Source: Entomortierella parvispora E1425
Taxonomy: Eukaryota; Fungi; Mortierellomycota
Assembly (NCBI GenBank): GCA_020891255.1
Contig: BQFW01000015.1
Location: forward strand, 2,666,001 to 2,730,000
Length of the DNA stretch: 64,000 nt
Direction of reading: 5' to 3'
Below, piece after piece: positions 25,126 through 38,900 of this stretch. The number at the start of each line of letters is the position of its first letter. The first letter of the stretch is position 1. The translations under genes were made by a program, and so were the position numbers. The notes beneath the pieces were generated by a model. The model was not told the origin of the DNA and did no database searches. It was given only the letters and a program-made list of their open reading frames with translations.

Positions 25126-25603
25126 ATGTCTGCCGCCGCCAGAACCATCACCTTCTTCCACAATCCACGCTGCAGCACCAGCAGGAATGCCCTGAAGATG
25201 CTTCAGGAGCGATCGGTCTCGACCCCATTTACCATGGACACGGTCGAGTACCTCAAGAACCCATTGACCAACGATCAGGTCCGCGACATTCTCACCTTCC
25301 TCAACTACTCTGAAAACCCTGCCGTCTTGACAGAGTTTCTGCGCAAGGACGCTCCCAAGGCCACCACCGTGGAGGACGTTCAGGCCATCCTGGCTGAGGA
25401 CCCTGCCCTGATGCAGCGCCCTCTCGTGGTCGACTGGGCTGCCAAGAAGGCCGTTATTGGACGTGTAAGTTTGAAGATATATCCTCTGAAAAGTAACAAG
25501 GTCTGCAGGGAGAATCGAAGACTAAAACACAACTTTTTTTTGTCGCCTCGTTTCCAATCCGTAGCCTGCCGATGCAGTTCTTGAGATCGTCAGCGACTTG
25601 TGA
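25126..25603 (+). CDS. ArsC/Spx-family thioredoxin-fold protein (arsenate reductase-like), 1 intron (25465-25564)
   Basis: ITFFHNPRCSTSRNALKML, EYLKNP, PALMQRPLVV, AVIGR|PADAVLEIV*. The HNPxCxTSR and RP motifs of glutaredoxin-type ArsC are present. Confidence 0.85.
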
Positions 25604-25700
25604 GCCAATAATGACCGAATAAAATAATTCAAAAAAATGGCTCTAGATTCCTTTATTTCGCGTGGGAAGAAAAAAAAAAGACGATCCTCCTAAAAATTGT

Positions 25701-28700
25701 CTAGTCCAGACCTGATCGACTCTTGCTGGACTTGGACTCGCTTGGATCGCCCCCAGTGTTACCGCCAGCAGGTGAGGATCCGACAGAACCATTGCCTCCA
25801 CCAGACGATTGCGCGGGTGGTGGAGGCGTTCCGGCACCTGAAGAATAACGATAGTTATTGTTGCTACTGTTGGTGTTGGCTGCATTGCCCTTGATGTAAG
25901 AGTTTCGAGCTGTGGCACCAGTTGGAGAAGCCGAGGATGTTGGACCCTGAGATTGTTGTGGCAAAATATCCAATTGGCTCTGTCGATCTCTTGTCCGTCT
26001 TCTACCAGCAACAACGTTGCCCGAAAGGGCACTCGTACTGCGGGGTGCTGTCGTCTGATCAGCGTCAGGAGAGATGTCCTGGGATGTATTCGAATACGAG
26101 CCCTCCTGCTGTTGGTAACGAGAGGCGGACGAGCTGTTGTTATTGTTGTATTGTTCTTGTTGCTGCTGGCCCTGTTGAGCAAGATCATAGAGTTGTTGCT
26201 GCTGCTGAACTTGCTGTTGGAGCTGCTGATGTTCGAGCTGCTGTTGCTGTTTCCGCTGGTGCTTTTGCTGATGCTGCTGGTAGTACTGCTGCTGCTGGTT
26301 GTAATGGGCGGTTCCTGCGAGGCCAGAGCTGCTATTGCCATAAGTGTTGAGTCGCAACAGAGCCTGGACAGCCTGTCGACGGGATCGTTCGTGTCGTCCC
26401 TGTACAGTTCTGAAATGAGACAACAGCTCTGGGAATCGAGGCCCTTCCGGGTGTTGGTTTGCTTGATTGGCAATAGAAGCTGCATGACTTGACTTGGTTC
26501 TGGAGGTAGAAATGCCCGAGACGGAACTGGACGTTGGCAGCGCGTTTTGTGCTCCTGGGTGGTTTCTAGAAGTTTGGGAAAGGATGAGCAGTCTGTAAAG
26601 TACATCATGCATGAGTACCAGCCTTCTGTTACTTACATCTTGGGAACAAGGTGAATAAAGCCCATGGAGCTGACACTTGTAAGTCGATTCCTGAGAGTGG
26701 CAAAGGCCGTACTTTGGGGCAGAAGCATCAAAAGTCCATAAAGACATTTAAACAAGTGGGGGTACCGCTCCGGTTCCAAAAGCTGCAGGCGCAGATCTAA
26801 ATGTGAATAAAGGGTGAAAAGTTGAGGCGTCAGCATCTTTCTATGGATTCGTCTTCATTGCACTCCAGACTATGCATGTCGTGCGCAAACCGTACAGGTA
26901 AAAACGGGTGACTCGATGAGCTGCACCAGCTTGTCCACTTGAATTAAAAGATTGACTGTGATCTCTAGCTCAGCACTACAAAAAGGGAAAATGCAGTGTT
27001 GGTCAAGATGTGATCCTAAGATCCAGGGTCTCGGCGACGAAGCAACAAAGATATGACGTACAAACTTTGTAAAAGGGCCACAGCGTGCTCATAATACTGG
27101 GCCATAAGGCACAGGGCAAAGGTCGACACCGGATTATGGCACCAAGATCTGTAAAGGACTGTAAACAGGGCTTGTCCATCCTACCAAGGTCAAGGGTGAA
27201 GAATACAGAATTAAAAAATGTCAAATCATTGTAGATCATTCATTCTAATAAAGGCTGATACCAGCACTTACTCGGCTGTCGACAGTCTTGAGTCGTTTCC
27301 GGAGATCAGCCAGTTCAGGGGCAGTGATCAAAATGATGTTGAGGTTTTGGACCATGGTATTGGCGAATTCAAGATCTTCGTCTTTCTCCAATATTTCCGC
27401 AAGTGCCCTGTAAATACGCTCCGAGTTTAAACTGACGCACAGTTGTCGAATAATCACGCTCCCACGGTTCTCCAGCAAGCGACGATCCGTACTGAAGAGC
27501 GAAAGCATGTTCAGCATGAAGTTGTGAAAGTATGCGTCATCAGAGTGAGAGGAGATTTGAGCCAAGAGCTGCAAGTCTCGCTTGATCACCTCCTCGGACG
27601 GGTCAGAAAGGGTCTTGAGCAAGACAGGGAAACTTCCGTCGTCGATCGCAAGGATCAGATGAGGCGCTCGCTTGTGGAGCATCAATAGCCACTCCAAACT
27701 AGCCACGCGAGTTTGCTCATGCTCATTCAGGAACTGTAGAGTCAGCGCGTTCACGGTGGCCACATAGTCAAATTCCAGTTGGTCTGCCGAAGGCTTTTGG
27801 GCGGATGGTGTGGGCGAGGCCGTGCGCTCACTTGTGGGCTCCTTTGAGTTCGAAGAGTCTCTCGCAGTGCCTCCCACCAATTTGGCTGCAATTGAACCAG
27901 AGGTCCCGAACGAAGGAGTGGATCGCTCCTGTCCTTTTGGCGACTGAGATCTAGGTGAGAGTGATCGTACTTGACTGGATCGATCTGAACGAGAGGGGGC
28001 TGTCGGTGAAAGGTTCTGGGCGGAGGGTTCTGGTGGAAGAGCAGACTCATAGACCAGTCGGTAAAGGCTCAGATTGGTTTCATTGGCGATGGCTCGGATA
28101 GATGTCACTGAGTGGGCCAGGCAAGGAAGCACTGCTGGAATAAGAGCTGGCGTGAATTGGATCATAACATCCTTGGCGAGACTCATAAACTCGTTGATCC
28201 ATCGCAATGCCGTCTCCTGGATATCCTCGTCGTTTGAAGTCAGGTGGGGCTTCAAGATTTTGACAATCTTTGCATAGTTGATACTGACTCCTTGACCGGG
28301 GACCCAGCTTCCTTTTCCCTGTCCCTTGGATTCCATCTCGAGGGGATTCAGCGTCGTTGTGCTTCCATCAAAACTGTCTCGACCAAAAGGTGTTGGTGGT
28401 GGTCTCTGCTGTGGGTCAGACAGCTGAAGTTGGCGCAGTCGTTGCTGAAGCATCTCGTGCTGTTGTTGTTGCTGAAGCTCTGCCACCTCTCGGATCTCGG
28501 ACAAAAAGTCGCTTAGCAGCTTTTGGGTCAGGGTGCGCACATCGGGATTCGAGTCATTCAAAAAGTACAAAAGCCCATCCAGAAAATCAGGGAGGTACGA
28601 GACCAGCTCCAGATCTGGGATTGAATCCAGTACCGCAATCCATGTGACAAGGTAATTGCGGGTCCACGAGTTTTTGCTGTATACGCGCTCTGCCAGCAGC

Positions 28701-29591
28701 GGGATAAACCTTGGCAAGGAGAATTGAGAGTCCCGGGGCAAAGCTAGAGCAAGCTGCTGAGGATCCTGGTCGTCAATATGCGCAATGGGTCCTGAATATG
28801 CGATGGATTGCTCGTGAACAATATCCTTGACAAGTCGGTCCAGTAATTCTGCTCCATTCTTGACGGATGTCTCCGAGTCCGCATACAACTGTGAAGAGAG
28901 AGAAGGTGAGTTACTAATACAATTTCTAGTCTTGCTCAGTGTGGCCCTCAGTCATCGTCAGTTGGTAAGCATACCTTGCTCATTGCGTCAAACAGCTCGT
29001 TGAAGTACCGAAGGATACTTCCTCGGGCAACTTTTGCGATATTGTACATGCTCTCGCAAGCATAGTAGCGCACTCTTGAATCTTGGTCCCCAAAACACAT
29101 CAAGACTGGTGGGACAATGCTCTCCAGATGAGAGGAGACGCCCTGCATACAGCCGGGGGAAAAAAAAGCAGAGATGATTAGGGCACGCGTCAAAGTTTTG
29201 GGGGGAGCAAAAGAAAACACGAGACACGCTTGATCCCTTACACTGGCCAAGGAGATGGACGTGGCGGCGAGACCGATAAGGCCACCATTGCGTGCATTGG
29301 GGGATACTGAGTAGACAAAGTCGGCAACGAGGGCTTGGATGGTCAACTTGATCTTTGCGGTATCACCGGCCTGGACATACTCGCGGATGACCCTGTGTGG
29401 AATGCAAGTCGATTAGTCCACCATGCTATTTCCACCTCCTTGTTTTCTTCCACACAATATGAAACACAAAGCAAATGGTGTCCATGGCAGCATGCGCACC
29501 TCTCAACCTCCAGGGCCGCGCCCTTGCGTTTGTCGTAGAGTTTGTCAGAGAGACCCCTAGAGACCTGGGGACTAAGGATGTAATCAGACAT
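25701..29591 (-). CDS. VAC14: VAC14 (Fab1/PIKfyve complex scaffold), multi-exon, with a Q/S-rich tail
   Basis: [106 protein letters not shown]. Confidence 0.96.
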
Positions 29592-30046
29592 GCAGTTGTG
29601 GCTCTCGAGTAGCTATGAGGGGCGTTGACTCGGCAAGGAGACGGAAGAGGAGAGAGGAGAGAGAGGAGAGAGAGGATAGAGCAAGCAGAGAGTCGGTTGC
29701 CGCGGGATGGAAGGAATAAGGATGGAGAGGAGGAAAGAAAGACGACAGCATGCATGTCACTCCCAGGCACAGCATGGAAGGACACCCAGTTTGCCCACGG
29801 CTTTCTCGGCTAAAAAATAAACTACTCGAAACAATTTGTCCGAGTAAGTTACTCTAGATGCTTTTAGTTTTAATCGAGCTTGTCCTCGGGACAATGGCCA
29901 CCGTCCCTTATGCCCATGTCCTCCTGCTCCCCTTTTTTTTCATCTTGTTTCTTTTTCTTTCTTCCCCTTCCCGCTACACCCCACAGCGGCATCGAAAACG
30001 ACGACACCACTACACCACCGACCTTTTCAGCGGATAGCCACTGCTC

Positions 30047-30490
30047 ATGGACGACCAGAAGCCTCCCGCGCACCAAGTGTATCTTACAGCAGATCAGATC
30101 TACACCTGCGGCAACTGCCACGCGCACCTGGGTCGTAACGAGGACATTATCTCGAAAGGTTTCCAAGGAAGGCATGGTCGGGCCTATCTTTTCAAAACTG
30201 TGCACAACATTGCCCTTGGTCCCAAGGAGGACCGTGTTCTCATGACAGGATTGCACTCTGTTGCAGATATAGCCTGTATTGTCTGCCAGAGCGTCGTTGG
30301 CTGGATCTACGTAAGGATGGGATGAAAAATGGCACAACCTCTTCAACCAAAACTCTACCTTCTTGCTAAGACGCTCTACCTGCACCGATAGATATACGCT
30401 TTTGAGGACTCGCAAAAGTACAAGGAGGGCAAATACATCGTGGAAAAGGCAAAGATCTCCAAGGAAAACTTTTGGCTGCAGAAGGGATAG
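30047..30490 (+). CDS. Yippee/YPEL/Moh1 zinc-binding protein, 1 intron
   Basis: YTCGNCHAHL...ISKGFQGRHGRAYLF...LMTGLHSVADIACIVCQSVVGWIY|IYAFEDSQKYKEGKYIVE. Confidence 0.95.
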
Positions 30491-30666
30491 ACTGACCCGT
30501 TTCGATGTAACAATGGAGAGTCTACAACCAGGCCCCACAATTTTCTATAAACACAACGGAGGTTCAGACTAAAGATCTTTATTGACTATTGTTAACGATG
30601 TGGTACTGAAGAAAATCCATGGCAGCAATACTACAGGTTCAAATGGAAAGAGAGTCAGTGTAGACT

Positions 30667-32007
30667 CTAGTTGTTCAATGGGCTGGGGCCGCTGGAGTAG
30701 ATCAGAAGATCGTACGCTACATTTGGAGAAAAAAAAGAAAAAACACGCACACAACGGTCAGTGAGAACCACACGACTAAAATCAACATGGGGGGAATGGG
30801 GGGATGACTTACTGAATGCTCCTCCAAGGGCTCCGATGAAGGGAGCGATCACAGGCACCCAAAAGTAATATCCTTGACGAGAGAAGGCGTCCAAACCCCA
30901 TCCGGCCAAAGAAACGAACACGCGAGGCGCGAGGTCACGGGCAGGGTTAAGGGCAAAACCCGTCTCGTATCCAAAAGAGGTACCGATCGCGGTGAGCGCA
31001 AGACCAATGATCAAGGGCTGAACATTGCCAGCGGGGGTGTTGCCCTTGTCCGAGGTGGCGAGGATGATCAAGACCAAAAGTGCAGTGCCAAGGAGCTCGG
31101 CGGTAAAAGCAGTGAGCGTGGAAACGCTGTCGGATTGAGGACCAGTGACAAAGATACCAATGGTGTCCTTGTGCTTGGCGCTGTGGAGGGCGGCGCAATT
31201 AACGACAAAGACGGTGAAAGCACCAGCGAACGCGCCAACAAATTGGGCTGCCCAGTACAGAGGCACCTCTGCCCAGTCAAAACCACGGAAGATGGCCATC
31301 GCCAGAGTTACTGCAGGATTGAGATGACCACCCTGAAGATAGAACATAAAGTGGCCGGAAAAGAAAGGAGGTCAACGGTGGTTGGTGAGAGGTCACGCCC
31401 TTTTTCTTTGAAAGAAAGAGCAAAATGTCCGTCGCCGTCTTCTTCTCTGCCAGGATGGTGGCAGCCAAGAACGGCGAAAGTGGCATCATCGGTGTCTTTT
31501 TTTTTTCTCAGCGTGCTCGTTCTCCTTTACTGCTGCCGCAGTGTTGTTGTTGTATCCATGCTTTTTTGGACTGTGCGCCTTCGGATAGGCTGTCCGACAT
31601 CAATACTCCAGTTTCCGCGATAGAACAGGTGATGAGCTTACCGAGACACCTCCAGAGACGTAGATACCAAAGGTCAAACCAAGACCCCAACCAAGCGACA
31701 TGGTGAACCAAGAGTTGTCCTCAGAGAAGACAAGCTGGGCAATAGCACCGGATCCAAAGGACACCAGGATAGCAGTGCCCAAAAACTCGGCAAAAGCTTT
31801 TCTGGACTGTGATGCACAGAAAGAAGAGGGTGGTATTGTAAGTTATCGAACGTTTGAACTTTGGCCGCGTGCTTGACATGGAGGGAGACTAACCTTGTGG
31901 CGGATACCTGCCCATTTGCTTCGGGCTTGGTAGCGGACATGGTTTGCAGCGCGTTCTTCGCGCTCGAGGAGAGCATCGGTCTCGTGGGAATCGTGATTGT
32001 CGGCCAT
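30667..32007 (-). CDS. Aquaglyceroporin (MIP family, GlpF/Fps1-like), multi-exon
   Basis: FAEFLGTAILVSFGSG, GGHLNPAVTLA, GFALNPARDLAPR (two NPA boxes), YYFWVPVIAPFIGALGG. Confidence 0.94.
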
Positions 32008-32934
32008 TGAGGGAGAAGAAGGAAGACGTGAGAACGGTCTGAAAACAAGGAAGAGAGAGTGGGGTTGACTTGGTAAGAGAAGGGAAGGGAGAAAATAAAG
32101 AAGAGATGGAAAGAGACAGCAAGAGACCGATGGGTTTTATCGAATCGGCTTCGTTGGAATAGATAAATCCTTAAGCACTCTTTCCTCCCACCGAAATGAC
32201 GCACCAACTCCCAATGACAGACACACACCCCTGTTGCAGGAGGTTCTTGTTCGTAAACTTTTCATCTTTCTTTTCTGGCCCGTCCATCCTGCGGCTCACA
32301 AGGGGTGCGTGCGCCCCAACGAAATGGTGCATCTTGGGCTTCAAGACGCGAGAGCCACGCGCCCTTGCCGAGTCGCGTGCACTATGGGAGTGCTGATGGG
32401 TGACTATGAGAACTAGAAAGAACCCCCCCGAAGCAGCCTCACTGCGATCACACCAAGATACTGCCTACGACATTGTTCTAAAGCCCCCCAACGATCCTGA
32501 AGGCTGCCTCACCCACTCCTGTTCCAGTGTAGACTGGTACCTCTTTTTTTTGGGTATGTTAGCGGGTCAACAACGCTCTTAGGCTAGCGGAAGCGGAAAC
32601 GGGGATGGTGGACGGTGGATGGTGGGAAACCGTAACCGACATGGACCAGCTTATCGCTTCGCTTCTTTTTTTTCCGTATCCTTTTCTTTTACTCTCAACG
32701 ATCTTTGCTCCAGGACCGCTTGCGCCATCCGCCTGCTCTCAGTCTTCTTGCTTCGACCGTTGTGCAGAACATCTTTCTCTTCCACTCTGTAGGTGCTTTC
32801 ATTTCTCGCCCATCCTTTTTGTTTTCTTGGCATCACTCCATCGAACTTGTTCATTCATCTTCTTTCTGCCCTGCGTCTTGAATAGTGCACCCTGATTGTT
32901 TTCAACTTCATAGGCCAAAGGATCTCCTGTGGCC

Positions 32935-35900
32935 ATGATTGCCTCTCCACCTTCCAGAGATAGATACCTTTATCAGCGCCACCACCCTCCTGCGCTAGAA
33001 AACCATCCTGTCCACCATTACCACAATCATGACCGTCATCCGACTCAACAGCATCCTCCAGCAGCGTACACCTCTGCTCCTGAGCTCGGGGCCAATACCC
33101 TGACCACCTTAGTATCGGCAGTAGCGGCACCCACGACGCCAAGTCCACAAAGGACAGCTCTGACCAGCTCCACCTCCATCCCCTCCTTTGCTTCATCTTC
33201 CTCTGTTTCATCGACAGGTTTATCCATCTCGTCTTCTCTTCGACGGAAACCCAGTTACACAAAGCGCTCGCTCAAGGCAACCCATCGCATCGCCATCCGT
33301 CGAATCATCTCAGAATCTCATTCACAGCAGCAGCAGGACCTACCCGCGTTGAACCATAACCAGTACTATCAGCAGCAACTACACAATGAAAATCAATGTC
33401 GGTCCTGCCCGTCCAAGGTCGGAATGGCTCCATCTAGGACCCTGTCCCCGTCCTCCTCATACCCCGATGTCATACCGTGTCCCCATCAGTCTTCTCCTGG
33501 CCCATCCAATTCCAGAAGAGGCGTAGTGACGGAGGCAGTCTTTCGAGACCAGTATCCTTGTTGGGCCATCTCTCCCAGCAGCCAAGGCGCCAAAGCACAC
33601 GATTACCGTCTTTACCCAAGGTCTCCAAGTGTGTCCACACCCCCTTGCATCCCTCGCTTCAATGCCTCAGATCCCGCCCTACCCTTTTCCGTGTCCCTGG
33701 CCTCGCCCACATCCACCTCTTTCCCTAATAGATCGGCACCTCTATCCGCAATATCCTCCTGTCCTTCGTCCGCATCCTCTTCTTCTTCCTCCTCCTCCTC
33801 CTCAACAACCTCATCCCTCAGTCCTTCCGTGTCAACATCGACGTCGTCCTCGTGCTACTATTCCCTGACTTCCAACCCGACCCCGTTGAGCCCGTGCACC
33901 CCCTCCTCCAAACATCTTGCGTCTCCGTATCCCCTGGACCGTTCCTGCGACTCCTTTCATGACCAGGACTCACCCAGGAGACAGCCTCTGTCGTCAATTG
34001 CTTCCACCGCAGAGCTTCAAGCTTCAGTAGTCGCTCAAGGACGAGCGTGCAGACCCGCATACCAGGAGCAACACCTTCAACAGAAACATTGCAATCAACG
34101 AATAGCTCCCCCCCAGCGGCTGCACATACCGCCAAGGATGACCTCGCTTCCACTCCCAGACCCTTGCTGTTCCTGCACCTTGCCCACCAGCAACCACCCA
34201 GATCGGCCTGCTGACAGGGCGGTTGCCTCTCCTTTGTCATCCCGCCATGAACACGAACACGACCATGAACACGACCATGAGCAAAAGCACCACAGCAGCA
34301 GGGAAGATCGACCCGATCGACCCAATGCTTCATTGTGGAAGGCAAGGAGCCCAGCCAACTTCCAATCTCTCTCCTCCTCTCTTTCTGCGCCCTCACTTCT
34401 TTCCTCAACCACACATTCCCTGGCCCCATTCCTGACTGACAAGCGCTCGCTCAGTACATCTGCCTCTTGGACCATGCCGAGCCAGACCCAGGTCGTCCTC
34501 AGGGAGATCCTCTCCTCCCAGAGCCATGTCCGCCACACCCTCCACCAGAACAAGATCCACACCTTGAAAAGCCTGCTGCCGTCTGGATCCCGTTCTCGCC
34601 CCTCAAAGAGCAGGAAAGTGGGGGACGAGAGCCATCTACCTCGGAGACGTTCGACTCTCAGGAGAAAGGACTCTTCCTCCTACAACAGGTCTTCGGAGCT
34701 CCTCCGTCCACGGCGGCAGACTACACCAAAGTTTGCCCGCTACCTGGATATGAAGCCCCTCCCGCTAGTTCGGTCTGTGTCAGTGAAAAAGGGTCAAGGT
34801 GCAGTAGAGCCCAAGCTCGAGAAGCCGTTGCCACCAATCCCGCGATCGTATGACCTCCATGGGGACATGGGCATGGGAGGGAAGGCGTGCATCGACACCC
34901 ATCCGCCTAGCAAAGAGAGTCTTGATGAGTGTGCCCCAGAGCAAGAGTATCTCGACCATGACCATTCGCCCCTCTGCGCCGATCTCCCTCACAAGCAGGA
35001 CTTTTATGAAGCGACAACGACCACCGACTTGCCCAGCAAGGACAGCGAGGACAACCATCAGCCAGCGATGTCGACTGATCAGAGGAATGACCACAGCGCA
35101 AAGCAATGCATCGAGGCTGCTCCATCAGTGACCACAGACGCCTTGCCTGCCCAGAGTCTGGATTCGCAGTGCACCCTCCCCGACACCGACACCACCCGTC
35201 CTTCCCTCCAGCTCGACTTGTTCCGGTTCCCCATGCGCAAGAGTCCTACCGAGAGGCGGCTCCCAGCTAGATCAAGGACCCGCCACCACCGTTATCACCA
35301 AAGCTTGCCTGTGAATATTGTACGCCTACGCCCTCGCAAGGTCGCGGATGGCACCTCACTCTCGCCTTTGGACGCCCTTCATCACACCCGATGCAGTAGT
35401 ACTGCCACCTCTGTGTCAACTGCATCGGACCAGGAGTTTGCAACTTCGGACATCATCAAGGCCCTCACTGGCCAGTCAGAGAAAAGCCAATTGACACCTG
35501 GCCGTAACAAATGGAGCAGGATATCAGACCGGGAAAAGAAAAAGGATCGAGGCTCTTCGTCATCGACCACCAACTCTGCTACGGAGAAGCCTCACTATCG
35601 CAGCGGCCGACTTCGCAGGAGTGAGAGCTGCAGCAGTAGCACCCTGGCTCATCGTCCTTCTCTCAGCTTCAATTCCTCCAAAAAGGCGCTCCTCAGTCTA
35701 CAAAGTCGCCGGATCAACAAGCCTGATGCCAAAGTGCATCGATTGCCAGAAATTCAAACGACATCAGTGCCAGCAAGGCCATTGATCGTGGTGGAGGATG
35801 TGGCAGTTGTAGGCGACTCTGCCTCTGTCGCTCAGCAGCTAACCACCAACAACGGCGCTGGACTCACGGAAGCTGTCGAGAAGGGCTCAGTGAAAATTGA

Positions 35901-38900
35901 CAGCAACAAGAGTTCGAGCGTGATTCTTCAACAGGAAGAAACTTTTCTGAGCGACATGACGGACTACCAGCTTCAAGTCTCTGAAAAAGATCGACTTGCC
36001 ATTGACACCATCTTGCAGGAACTCGCCACACCAGATTCGTTCAAGTCGGGCTCGTCGGACCCATCGCTTTCCGCCAGCGCAATGTTGACAAGGACTTGCA
36101 GCGCACCGGTCATTGTCCAGGGCGACTCCTCCCTTCACTCCCATCAGGATCCAAAGGCGCCAACGCCTAATAGCACCGGTGCAGGGACAACTCTTGATAA
36201 CAGTTCTGGATCAACGTTGCCTTCACCATTTCATTCATCCCTGGTCATTGATCCTCGATCAATTATGGAAGCAGGAGAGAGCAAGAGATTCGTGAAAAGA
36301 TCCCATGCACTTCGAGAGCTGGTATCGACCGAGAAGAGCTATGTGAGCGACCTTGATACCTTGGTCAATGTAAGTCGTCCTCTTTGTTCACTTTCGCTGT
36401 TTTTTCCATAGGATAGAAGATTGACTTTTTTTTTTTTTTTTTTTTTCGAACAACACCCAGGTCCATCTCCGTTTGCTTCGATCAAAGTCTTGGTTCCCTC
36501 GCACAACTCATAGCAACTTGTTGAAATGTACAAACGGGCTCCTATTCACCCACCGTCGATTTCTATCTGTATTGGACGACAATCTGATTACTGGAGCTGA
36601 CAGGGACCAGGCACCATTGAGCGTTTATCAGACCCTTGCAGAGTCATTCAAGATAATGGTATGCGTGATGATTAGCTAAAATCTTGACGCGATAGTATCC
36701 ACAAACTCTAATTCCAATCGTCTAACTATCGTCTATTTATCTGTGGTTTTTTTAGTGCGAAGATCGAGAGTTGTACGACGACTTTTGTGAACAGAGAATG
36801 AGGGCTGTGAAGACAATCAATCGCTACGAGGGCACGACGACACTCTTGACTTTGCAGCGCGAAAGCAAGGATATGATGATTCAGCAGGGCCGACTCAACG
36901 TTCGCGTGGATTTAAAAGATTTGTTGATCAAACCAATCCAGCGGATTTGTCGATACCCACTCTTGCTCAAGGAAGTCTTGCGACTCACCAGTCTGGAAGA
37001 CCCCGAATACTGTTCAGTGGAGGAATCACATAAGCGAATGAAAGACCTGGCACAGGATCTGGACAGCACCCAGAAAAAGGTCGAGCGGAAACTGTTAACG
37101 GAGCAATTCCTCAAAAAACTTGACGAGACCAACCTGCCAAAAAAGTATGTTTTCACCCTCTTTGTCACAGGCAATGCGGCCAACAGCATCGTGGACCCAC
37201 CTAATAGTCACAACAGTCGAAACAGCTACAATGGCAACAACCTAAGTGTTTACCCTCTCCAAGCCTCAGGAGATCAGCAGACCACTGGCGCGCTGCAAAG
37301 CCCTGCAGGCACCTCCCACAGCGAGTATTTTGATCATGGCCTTGGTGCAGAAGGAGTCGTGCCTAGCCCATTGACACGCGAATTCGTCGGATCTCTGGGC
37401 TCAATACTGCTGGCGGGTGCACTGGAATTTGTTTTAATACCAGAAATCCCGATACGTCTAAAGTACTATGGATGCTTCTTGTTTGAATCGATGTTGATCG
37501 TCGTCAAGCCAAGAAAGGCGAGCCAGTATGAGCCTCGACAGTGGCTTCCGCTTCGGCTGTGTGAGCTCCAAGAAACCACCAGACTGGATGGTATGTGATT
37601 CTTCCTGCAATTGAATCCTATGTTGTATTCAAAATCAATTTACTCACTATGGTTGCATCCTTCTAGGTTACACTCGATACGGCTGGAGTCTTATTTTTGA
37701 TCAATTCCGAATAGATTTTGGAGCCAGCGGGGAGGAAGAGCAAGAGATTTGGATGAGAAATCTTCGCGTGCAGATTCAGGCTGCCAAGGATGCCTATGCT
37801 CGATTGCCAATCGGCCTCGCCGCCTTTCAGACTTTGACCTCCTCCCTTCCGTGGAAAATGACAAAGGCACAGGCACGTTCCGTCATGTCCGCACGCCAGC
37901 TTCAGCAACAACATTTGATATTGTCTCCTTCAATAACGACATCACCATGGTCAACGAATTCTTCGGCGCTCTCCTCACCCTCTCTTTCAAGCGCAGCCTT
38001 TTCATTTGGCCCATCTAGCTACATGACATCAAGCTTGGATGGTGAAAAATTGAATAGTCGCGGACGAGGCACGATGGATGAGGGGTATGAACCTAAAGAG
38101 ACGCGTCCCACTATCAATGAATCTTGTCAACAGGCAGGAACTCGACTCTCAACGGCCACAGCAGAAAATGGCCACCGAATCGGAGGTATGGCCGCAAGTG
38201 ATCACCCTCAAGGAATTGACACGCCCTCTAACCCTTCTCCTTCAAGAGCGCCCACACAAACTCTGCGCCCACACCAAACTTCACATCTTCAGCATCACCA
38301 GCAGCAACAACATCACCATCAACAACAACTACCTTCGGCTCATTTGTTGCCCCCAGGAAGTCCTGCACCGTGGTTACTGTCTGAGAACCGGTCGCGAACC
38401 CACACATTTGATGTAACACGCGTTTTTACTTCCAGTCACAATGGGGGCATCAAACCAAACCAGAGGACGCTCGTCCAAAACATGTTTAAAGACATCTCGG
38501 CCGAAAACTTTTGGACCACAGCATCAACATCATCGGCACATCCTGGAACGCCGACACCCCAGGGAGGTAATAGCACACCAATGAGCTATTCTCCCTGCCT
38601 GTCGTCCGCATCCGCTCTCTCTCCGCTTCCATCAGTATCCTCCTCGCGCCACGGATCGTCCTCTCCTTTACCGCTTCCTTTTTGGTCAACATCGAATACC
38701 AGCTCTCCTTCGCAGTCTGGTGTCATACTCTCGGGCATGGCACGATCTGCTGTGGCGCCTGAGGGAGATGCGGACAACGTTGGAGCTCCACTACGCTCGG
38801 CAGGTTCTTCGAGTACATCACTCACAAGTCGTATTCTACGTCGACGTGATTCTGGAAACCGACAATCGCCCAATGGAACTGTCCATGGATTGCCAGAAAA

